Shown here: piece after piece, positions 12,918 to 23,500 of the stretch
How positions within the stretch are numbered: the first letter of the stretch is position 1
How the letters are laid out: the number at the start of each line of letters is the position of its first letter
DNA from: Nemertoderma westbladi
Taxonomy: Eukaryota; Animalia; Xenacoelomorpha
NCBI GenBank assembly: GCA_032718475.1
Contig: JAUCBJ010001585.1
Location: forward strand, 1-52,976
Direction: 5' to 3'
Length of the DNA: 52,976 nucleotides
Translations under genes and position numbers: made by a program
Notes under the pieces: generated by a model
The model's database searches: none
What the model saw: only the letters and a program-made list of their open reading frames with translations
Told to the model about the DNA's origin: nothing

Positions 12918-15900
12918 TTTGCATAGTTATAAAGGTCACCAGTCTGCAATTAAGAAACAAATTTTTTGAGACAAAACAGGACGAACGCATTGAGGCAATT
13001 GAAGGAGTCGAGTCAGGCCTCTGTTTTTTACATCCAGTTTAACGCAAATTGAAGGCATCACTCATTCATATTTTGGGAAAGACAGTTTTCGTATATCTAA
13101 TAGAATTTAGTAGGCTACACTTTCTTATATAGGCTCTTGTGCTGTGCGAAGGCCCCACAACGTTTTTTCTTGGTATAACTGCTTCCTATAATCCGTGCTT
13201 GCTGTACGATTTACAATGTGTCTGTTTTGTTGGTATAACAGCTTCCAAAATTTAAATAACTAATATTATTGTAAATTTAGAATTTTAAAAATATTCATTC
13301 TGCGGCGTACTATGTAATAATATGTGGGCGGGGGTACTCAATATCCATCATTGTGTAACAAGGTGGGGTTCTAAAGTGAAACAATTCTTACACTTTCCGC
13401 TTTCATTACCGAGCATAGATAGGCCCGACGACACGCTGGGGAGTCGCGCATAGCACAGTGACGACGAGAACAATGAATTATTCCAGTAACTAAACGAACC
13501 TTATCGTCTATATTACTCAAGTGGAATACATCTGCATACGTCAAGAAGTAAGCCCTATACGTCTTCATGCAATCGTGTCAAAATTGCGGTCAAGATAATA
13601 AATTAATATTATCTGCTCAGCAAGATATTAATGGAATGTATGCCGCTGTGAATGGAAGCCCCCAGTGAACTTCCCAATGCCATTAAAAATTGAGAAAATT
13701 GATTTAATGGAATAAATATAATTGGTTTCAATTAATCAACACAGTCAAATCAGGTTTCAATTTTTTTTTTTGCAATTAATCATTTAAGCCATGATGTTAA
13801 TCTCAGGTCAGTTAGGGTGTACTGTACTCGAAGTCTGTAGTGTAATGCTACACAGATAACCGAAACCACGGCAAACTACAACATATTAAACTGCAACATG
13901 TGCTGTTGACTCTCGTTTATTGCTTTGTTTCAAATAGCCTTCTACTATAACCTGGTCCTTTCCCTCAATTTATAATTAATTAACATTAACAATGTCTGTC
14001 CGTTATAGCGTTTATATCGGTTCTTTTTGAAGAATATATATATAAGCATAATCTAACCCGATAACTACAGTTCGAGAGATCTGTGAGTGAGTTTGAAATA
14101 TTCCATAAACAAAAAAAAACTCAATTAAAGGCTGAAACCCTGCTAGTTCGGCACCATTCATTATGATGTACCCGTAATATTATTGATCCATGTGATTATC
14201 ATAGTAGATATATTATTTATAAAGTTCCGAAAAAGTCCGGGGGCAGTTACTATCACTTAACCGCCAAAGTCGTTATCTTGCCAAACCGGACAAAGGGGAA
14301 AACTACTAATGGGAAAGGGAAAGTAGGAAGGAATAAATGAGTAGTAATTAACATTCTGAATGGGCTAGGACTTGCTAATCAATATTCCAGTGTGTTAATC
14401 CCAGGTGTGTGGCAGTCGCAGAACAATTTCCGCTCCAGTGACGCTCGAGAAAAAAGAAATAATTAATATTCCAAATGTATTGTGTCGACTGTTGAGTGGG
14501 TATCGCAAATGGTTGTCAGCTGTCACATTAACTAATCCAATACAATCTGCAGGGTTAATGATCACCCTCGGAAGGTTGATTCGTAATCATTAACCCTCAA
14601 ATCAATCCAATTCAATGTAATGTGTTTCGGATGGCGACATTTAATCACAGTTATTCGATTATGTAGAAGGGTGTGGTTGCAACTTAACTGATACTAGTTC
14701 TCGCATAGGCAAGCACACCCAGTACAGACTGAGGAGTCTCGAATGGGTCTAACTTTTTCTCACATATATTTGTAGAAGATTAAGTACGAGACACAGTCGC
14801 TATACCTTGTTTTTTTGTACTTAGGTGTTGCGTTCAAATTCTTATTTGATATCCATCACCATCACAGATATGAATTTTTTTGGTAAGATCTACCGAATAA
14901 CGCATTGCAAACCTGTATAATGTGGTAAAATAGTTATATTTTTCTTTAAAACTCAAAATAATTTCACATTTTGTCATTATTTATAACATAATTTGTATAT
15001 ATGCAGTGAATAATTCGTAAAAACCATAATTGACAATTATGACTGTTATATTTACTTCATCGGTAGGCCTACTGCAGTGCCCTAACTGAAAATTTGCAAT
15101 AAGCTCCAGCAGGTTCTGCTATACTAGTAAAGCAAATTAAATTTGAAATTCCCTCTCTATAGGCTGTCATGTCAACTGCCAGGCTGGGTTGTGCGCCACC
15201 TCCCAAGGTGGGGAACTCTCACACTATCCATCCATCTTGCTCACACCCCCAGCATATTCCAGGTTCCGCTGAACTGAAGCTACTGTAGTTACATAACCTT
15301 CACGTTTACAAAGTTATTGGCAAAATTCCGAACATTTTACGCCCATGATTCATGAGGATTCTGATTGCCAAGGAATCACTTAATGTCCGCGGGACAGCTG
15401 TTTATGTTTACCTACCCATTGAATCACACATCTTCTTTTACAATTAATTCAATTCTAGAACATCACTAAATCTATCAATATTATTCCGTAGTAAACCTTT
15501 TATTTTATATTATGTAATTTATTTAGTATATTTCCGGATTTAATATCCCGGTTTGATAGTTTTGTTGTGTATAAAAAGGGTCTCTTACAATCTTAACTCT
15601 ACTATATTACGGCATTCAATTATTTTTAAATTAATGACACGATAAGGAACGTCAAAGCAACGATAACAATTAATTGATACTAAAACTAACACCAACGGAA
15701 CAATTAGTTGGCACAATTAAAATTAATTTACTAGCACAAATAATTAAAGGTTAAAAAATTAAAAGAACAATATCAATAATATTTCTACTAAAAACTTACA
15801 GATACGAAACAAATACTAATGGCTCCTGAATGAAAGGACACGATAATTCGACTAATTACATAACATGGTTGCGCACTGTGGACACACCGGGTATCCAAAC

Positions 15901-16639
15901 AATGTATATAGTCAGTAGAGTGAGTGCATCTCACGCAATAATATATCTCTCTGAGGTTTATTAAATTATATAAATGTAATTTATAATATAATATAAATAA
16001 TCGATATAAAATTTACGTAAAGCAAGATGTCACACATAAGGGACAAACTCAAAAAAAGTGGGCAAACAAGGTGTTTCTGTTCACGGTAGTCATGGAAATG
16101 TAAGCTTGTCAGAAAGATATTATCAAAGAGATTACTTCCAAAAAATTTGTAATTTCTGGTATTTGGATGGATTTTAAAGATATTTGAATGACAAATTCAT
16201 AATATATTTTAAAGCTCAAATCTTTTTTAATGAATTTTGCAGATGGACACAATTTATTTGTATTCGAATTTCTATAAAACGCAGTTGATGATTAACAATT
16301 TTTTCAGATTAATGTTTACCTCACCAATACTGTACAGTAATTTTCGAACGATGTATAATTTTATAACTTTTTGATTTGATAAAAAAAATTTCAATGCCAT
16401 TTGGTACACTTGTTGTGAGTTTGGGCCATTTATTTGCCATCTTGTATTATAACTATAAATTATTCCAAAATTAAATATGAATTCAAATTTTTATCTTACG
16501 TAGAATTAAGTCAAATAGTATATCTCTGCTTCTCCCTGCCGTGGTCTACCTAATGCATTCAGTGAATGTTACCAGACTGCGAACACGCACAACTGAACAT
16601 GGCGCGCAGACAACGAGACCAGGCCCCACCTACGCCTAG

Positions 16640-18440
16640 TCAGGAGACCCCAGTCTCCTGGAAGCCCCCCAGCGGCGGGACGGAGGACTGCATCTCCACC
16701 CAGCGCTCGTGGTTCAACCGACATCCCGACAGGATGGGATGAAGGGAGGGCCAGAGTTTAACTAACGATTCGTACAAAGGCAAACAGATAACTTCGATAA
16801 AATCGACCTGCAGGCGGGGCATCTCGCCCTTCTTATCGCGGTCCATTGTCTCCACTGGAGTGAAATTCATCTTTTTCTCGATGTCGCCCTGATCGAAGAA
16901 CTCGCTGGCCACCAAGTTAGAGACGGTAAAATGTAGATCCCACGGCTTTACGGAGTGGCAGAGGTCGCTCGCGGTCATCAGCATACTCCGCAGCATACCG
17001 CGATGGACGGTGCTGTTAATGTTAAACAATCCCGCGTTGACCGCAGAGAAAAACGTCTCCCGATTCTTGAAATAGTAGGACAAATCCGTGGCGAGGATAG
17101 CGTGTTCGAGTATCTTAACGGCCCGCGAGTGGGTATCTTGATCGAGGTTCTCCCAGATTGAGCAACCTTTACTGTTCAATATGATTAAGGCGTGATCGAA
17201 GTGGTGGCGTTCCAGCGGAGACGTAGAGTAGAGTTTAGCTAAAGGCGACTCGCTGATCTTCTGGAAGCTATTGTTGGTGCCGCGGTGGTCGAGGTCGTGA
17301 CAGAGACAAGCCACGATCAGCACCATGGTCTCGAGTTGCCCGATCTCTTTGTGGAGGCCGGTGGCCCTGAGTGCGGCGTACATGAATTGTGAGACGCTGA
17401 AAGCGTGTCGCCAATTGTGGTACGTCATCTTGCGGTAGTTCTTTCGCACGCTGAGCAGCCAGCGACAGAGCGTGCGATAGTCGATACTGAATGTCTCCAC
17501 GAAGTCGAGGTCGACGAACATACGGAGACAGGCTTGGAGAGTCTCGGTATCTTTGAGGTCGATATCGTTGCATCGGAGGTCGTGAAGGTTGAGGATCCGG
17601 CCGCTGGGTACGGGACCCTCACTGAACCTACGGGCTTCCTCTTCGGCTGCGACCGCGTGGTAACGCAACACGTCGAGCGCAACGCTCTGCTTAGCGACCG
17701 CGCGACACGAGCTCTCGTAACGGCGAGTGTTGTTGATGCCCAACCCACAGAAGATCGCGAATGCCTCAAAGAAATGCTCGTCGTTCTTGTTGAAACAGGA
17801 GCCGTCGAGTTTGTTGACGAGTTGCGTGACTCCCACAATCTCTCCGTGTTGATTCCGTATCGGCATGTAGAGCAGCGCTTTGGTCCGGAATCCGGACGCA
17901 GAATCCGCCGCTTGGTCGAAGCGCGGATGGGCGTAGGCGTCCGGTATGTTCAGCGTCTCCCCGGTGAGAGCCACGTGCGTGGTTATCCCTTTACACACTG
18001 GGAACTTGGAGTCGATGATGCTATCCGGAATATCCGACGAGTACTTACTGAGTTCGTCCGCATCCAAATCGAAAACCTGGGAGAATATTCCGTCGCCTAC
18101 GGTGGGATTCTCGACGATGTACACGGAGCAGCGTTGGCAGCTGAGTAGCGACAGTAGATGTATCGATATACGAGTGACAAGGCGAGGTAAAGTACTTTGT
18201 TCGTCGAAGACGTCCTTAGCCAACTCGAGTAGCAGCTGACTCCGCTTGTTCTGGTGTATCGACTGTTCGTACAGGATCGCGTTGTTTATACCGATGCCGC
18301 AGAAGACGAGGTAGTTCTGGAAGATGTTGAGGTCGACCTCGGTGAAGGCTTCTGGGGAACCGCGACCGTTCTTGTTGATAACCTGAGCTACACCAATGAC
18401 GTCACCATTGTGATTCTTCACCGGGATGCAAAGCAGAGAT
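16640..18440 (-). CDS. GAF-GAF class I cyclic nucleotide phosphodiesterase (PDE5/6/11 group), exon 2
   Basis: End of GAF-A (SLLCIP...INK...FTEVD), GAF-B (NKLDGSCFNKNDE), catalytic YHNWRHAF, HDLDHRGTNN, LERHH, ATDL, TASDL, EFFDQGD, LQVDF. Acceptor TTTTTAG at plus-strand 18441-18442. Confidence 0.95.
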
Positions 18441-18572
18441 CTAAAAAGTAAAAACCACGTCAATTCAACCAGATCTGCAGATGGGCCTACTACTGTACTA
18501 GATAAACAACCTTAAGTCAACCAGACTCTACCTACCCTGATTTACTGATTGGACAGAAACACTATAACTCAC

Positions 18573-19576
18573 CTCGTACAATATCCCGTTTTGTAGTCGA
18601 TTGTTTTGTTAAAACGATCATCCTGGTAGGCGTCGGCTATATTAACCACCTCGCCGGTTTGGGCAACGTAGCCTACGATTCCCGCACCCCAAGGTATCAC
18701 TATGGGGTCGCTAGACATATCGTTAGCGGTAGACTCTGAGCTAACGTCGAAGACCTTGGAGACGAGAGATCGCCGATTACCGTCGTCCGTGACGAGGAAC
18801 AAGGAGCTGCGATCCGCAGCCGTTAGGAAGATCACGTTCTGAAGTATTTTGTGGCACAAGTTGGTGAGGTCCAAGTCGTTCTGTATGTCTTTAATCAATT
18901 CCAACATCAATTGACGGTCGTCCAGTTGGCTGAGTTTAAAGAGACTTCTACTAGACTTCATAATGCGGGGAGACTTTCTGGCGACGTCGTCTGTGTTAAT
19001 GAAACTCGGGTTGCCGTCGACATCGGTCGACATTATCCGGGAGTCCGGTATGAGGAGTTGGAGTTCCGAGGTTCCCGCGAATATCAGACGATTCGGAGTG
19101 TTGGTACCGGAATCCGGACGCGGTGATCCGGAACCGACTGACCCCGGAAGCGAGTCGGCGTCGCGGGGAGACGAGAAGGCCTGACGGAGCAACCAACTGT
19201 CTACCATGGCGCGCGATGCTTTCCTCTGGAAGTAGTCGACAACGAAGTCCGAATGCGAGTCCAACCACTCCTCCACGTTTCGGTACTCGAGATTTACCGA
19301 GTCGCCCGGGCCATTCCCGTTCCCGGGCGTGGAAGATAAACGGTAAACCCGTTTCTCGTTGGAAGAGGATCGCGGTTGGTATGCCGAACTCCCTGTGCTG
19401 ACGCGTCGGCGGGATTTACGAGGGTTGGGGTTGTCGTTCGAGTAATTAATCTTATTGGAATCGATGATGGAATCGAAACTTATTCGGCGAGTTCGTTCGT
19501 TCTTCACTTTGTCCATAATCGACTGACACGCGGGATTAGATGGGCTATTGGTATACTTTTTCAAAGAAGGGTCCAT
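18573..19576 (-). CDS. GAF-GAF phosphodiesterase, exon 1 (N-terminus and most of GAF-A); spliced product ~934 aa
   Basis: ADRSSLFLV, IPWGAGIVGYVAQTGEVVNIADAYQDDRFN; donor GTGAGT at 18572. Removing the 132-bp phase-2 intron 18441-18572 gives the in-frame GAF motif GYCTRSLLCIP. Confidence 0.93.
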
Positions 19577-19829
19577 TTTTTAGTATCTAGGCAGCTAGGC
19601 ACTCGCACTGCTGCACTGTGCCTTCACCATTCTGCCATTACACTGTTACAGGCAAGCAATAACCACAGAACTACCGTAGGGCCTATTGATTTGGTTGTCC
19701 TTGATTGTGCTAAATTCGCTACCGCGGTAAGCTACGAAAGTAATTAATAATTACCGTATTCCGTAAGGTTTTTTTAAACCTAAAGGAATAAAAAAACATT
19801 AAATTTGCAGATTTGGCAGAATATACAAG

Positions 19830-20443
19830 ATAATAAATTATAAAATTATTTATAATAAATTATAAAATTATTTATAATAAATTATAAAATTATTTATAAT
19901 AAATTATAAAATTATTTATAATAAATTATAAAATTATTTATAATAAATTATAAAATTATTTATAATAAATTATAAAATTATTTATAATAAATTATAAAAT
20001 TATTTATAATAAATTATAAAATTATTTATAATAAATTATAAAATTATTTATGATAAATTATAAAATTATTTATAATAAATTATAAAATTATTTATAATAA
20101 ATTATAAAATTATTTATAATAAATTATAAAATTATTTATAATAAATTATAAAATTATTTATAATAAATTATAAAATTATTTATAATAAATTATAAAATTA
20201 TTTATAATAAATTATAAAATTATTTATAATAAATTATAAAATTTTTATACCCTATAGGCCCTACTGCTATAATAAATTATAAAATAATTTATAATAAATT
20301 ATAAAATAATTTATAATAAATTATAAAATAATTTATAATAAATTATAAAATAATTTATAATAAATTATAAAATAATTTATAATAAATTATAAAATAATAT
20401 TAATAAATTATAAAATAATTTATAATAAAATATAATTTATAAT
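19830..20443. repeat. 22-bp AT-only minisatellite (ATAATAAATTATAAAATTATTT)n, ~27 copies in two variant blocks
   Basis: Directly visible tandem array with a short interruption near 20245-20270. Confidence 0.95.
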
Positions 20444-20514
20444 CTTTGAAATTTAATTCAACAATATTATACAAAAATATTCTTAGAATATCACAAAATA
20501 TCACAACCCTAATT

Positions 20515-23500
20515 GTACACCACTGACTGGACCGGTAATACTGCTCGGCCCAGCTCGAGTCAGCTATCTGCTTCTCGTACTTGTTGATTCTCTGACCTAC
20601 CTGGCCCCGCCGGCCGGCATTTCCTGTTGAGACGCGTACTCGTTCCGCGTTTCACCTCGAGTATTCTCGTATGGGTCCTTCCCAGCGCTGCTGCACTTGC
20701 CGCAGCGGGTCTTGCCGCGGGTGCAAGTGCTCCAAAGCGAAAAGATCCTGTTCCTCTTGCATCCCGTCCACGCTACATGCATGCGTTAATGGGCCGTCTC
20801 CGAGTACCCCAGCTCTGGGGGACGGGCGAACTTCGGGTTACGGCGTCGTGGACTACTTGCTCGTGCACTCACCCAGGTGGAAGACGACCGTCGTTGGTGA
20901 GCAGGGGCGCGTGAATTCAACTCTGGATGAACTCGACGACGTGATGGATGTAACTTTAACACCGGGCTTCGATGACTCCGATTTGGATCGCACTCTAACG
21001 TCTTCTTATTGTAATCCTGGCCCCGCTACTGTTTCTCCATCTCGATTGTCCCTGTTCGCTGGTCGGATTTCCCCTAGTTTGGTGTCCCCTAGTCGGGTGT
21101 CCCAAAGTCGGATGTCCCCTAGCCGGGTCTCCCCAAGTCGGGTGTCCCCTAGTCGGGTGTCCCCAAGTCGGGTGTTCCCTAGTCGGGTGTCCCCATGTCG
21201 TTTGTCCCCTGTTCGAGTGTCCCCTGGTCGAGTGTCCCCTAGGCGGGTGTCCCCAAGTCGGGTGTTCCCTGGTCGGGGGTCCCCAAGTCGGGTGTCCCCT
21301 GGTGGGGTGTCCCCAGGACGAGTGTCCCCTGGTCGAGTGTCCCCAAGTCGGGTGTCCCCTGGTCGAGTGTCCCCTGGTCGAGTGACCCCAGGCCGAGTGT
21401 GCCCAGGTCGAGTGTCCCCAAGTCGGATGTCCCCTAGTCGGGTGTCCCTGTCCCCAAGTCGGGTGCCCTCAAGCCGTATGTCCCCTAGTCGGGTGTCTCC
21501 TGGTCGAGTGTCCCCAGGTCGAGTGTCCCCAGGCCGAGTGTCCCCAAGTCGAGTGTCCCCTGGTCGAGTGTCCCCAGGTCGAGTGTCCCCAAGTCGGGTG
21601 TCCCCCGGTCGAGTGTCCCCAGGCCGAGTGTCCCCAAGTCGGGTGTCCCCAAGTCGGGTGTCCCCCAGTGGGTTGTACCCTTGTCGGGTGTCCCCAGGTC
21701 GGGTGTCCCCCGGTCGAGTGTCCCCAGGCCGAGTGTCCCCAAGTCGGGTGTCCCCAAGCCGGGTGTCCCCTAGTGGGTTGTACTCTTGTCGGGTGTCCCC
21801 AGGTCGAGTGTCCCCTGGTCGAGTGTCCCCAGGCCGAGTGTCCCCAAGTCGGGTGTCCCCAAGTCGGGTGTCCCCAAGTCGTGTGTCCCCCGGTCGAGTG
21901 TCCCCAGGCCGAGTGTCCCCAAGTCGAGTGTCCCCTGGTCGAGTGTCCCCAGGTCGAGTGTCCCCAAGTCGGGTGTTCCCAAGTCGGGTGTTCCCCGGTC
22001 GAGTGTCCCCAGGCCGAGTGTCCCCAAGTCGGGTGTCCCCCAGTGGGTTGTACCCTTGTCGGGTGTCCCCAGGTCGGGTGTCCCCCGGTAGAGTGTCCCC
22101 AGGCCGAGTGTCCCCAAGTCGGGCGTCCCCAAGCCGGGTGTCCCCTAGTGGGTTGTACCCTTGTCGGGTGTCCCCATGTCGAGTGTCCCCTGGTCGAGTG
22201 TCCCCAGGCCGAGTGTCCCCAAGTCGGGTGTCCCCAAGTCGGGTGTCCCCAAGTCGTGTGTCCCCCGGTCGAGTGTCCCCAGGCCGAGTGTCCCCAAGTC
22301 GGGTGTCCCCAAGTTGCGTGTCCCCTAGTGGGTTGTACCCTTGTCGGGTGTCCCCAGGTCGAGAGTCCCCTGGTCGAGTGTCCCCAGGTCGAGTGTCCCC
22401 ATGTCGAGTGTCCCATGGTCCGGAGGCCCTTACTCGGGTGTCCCCAAGTCGGATGGCCCCTAGTCGGGTGTCCCCTAGTGGGTTGTACCCTGGTCGGGTG
22501 TCCCCAGGTCGAGTGTCCCCTGGTCGAGTGTCCCCAGGTCGAGTGTCCCCATGTCGAGCGTCCCATGGTGGAGTGTCCCCAGGTCGAGTGTCCCCATGTC
22601 GGGCATCCCCCGGTCGAGTGTCCCCAGGCCGAGTGTCCCCAAGTCGGGTGTCCTCAAGTCGGGTGTCCCCTAGTGGGTTTTACCCTAGTCGGGTGTCCCC
22701 AGGCCGAGTGTCCCCAAGTCGGGTGTCCCCAAGTCGGGTGTCCCCAGGTCGAATGTCCCCAGGTAGAGTGTCCCCTGGTCGAGTGTCCCCAGGTCGGGCC
22801 GCCCAGTCCCCAGGCCGGATGTCCCCAGGCTGTGTGCCCAGGTCCTCTGATCGTGTGGCCCGGTCTCCTGGTCTCGTGTCCAGGTCCCCAGGTCGGGTGT
22901 CCCCTAGTTGGGTATCCCCAGGTCGGGCATCCCGGTCCCCAGGTCGGGTATTTCGGGTGTCCCCAGGTCGGGTGTCCTGGTCCCCTGGTCGCATGTCCCC
23001 ATGTCATGTAAGGTGGGAGGACTCGGGTCGTGTGTCCTATGGTCGCGAGCTGCTTAGTGGGGATTCCCCCAGTCGTATGCGAGTGTCCCCAAATCGGTTG
23101 TACCAACGCCGGGTGTCCCCTTGTCGGGTGTCCCCAAGTCGGGTGCCGCCTAGTCGGGTGTCCCCAGATCGGGTGTTCCCAAGTCGGGTGTCCCCATGTC
23201 GGGTGTCCCGGTCCCCAGGTCGGGTGTCTATGGTGTCCCCAGGTCGGGTGTCTATGGTGTCCCCAGGTCGGGTGTCCCAGTCACTCTGGTCGTGAGTCCC
23301 CTAATCTAGTGTCCCCCTGCCTGGGGGCCTGTGGTGGGGTGTCCCTGTCCAGTGGGCTCATGGTCACTGACCTATTGGGTCCCGTTTTCTCCAATGCAAA
23401 TCTTACGGGCATCCGCCACTGGGCCTCGGATCTTCAAGGGCCCAATGAGCCATGCCCAGACCCCTCAGTTCCAATACAGCATCCCTGTTCCGGAGATGCA

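Noticed and set aside
16955-19747. Antisense and alternate-frame ORFs over the PDE gene (up to 247 aa)
   Set aside because: Shadow ORFs expected from GC-rich codon usage; no recognisable motifs.
21239-23106. WGHST, GTLDL and VGCPQ repeat proteins
   Set aside because: Alternative frames of the 15-bp array; only the RVSP frame connects to the element's N-terminal ATG.
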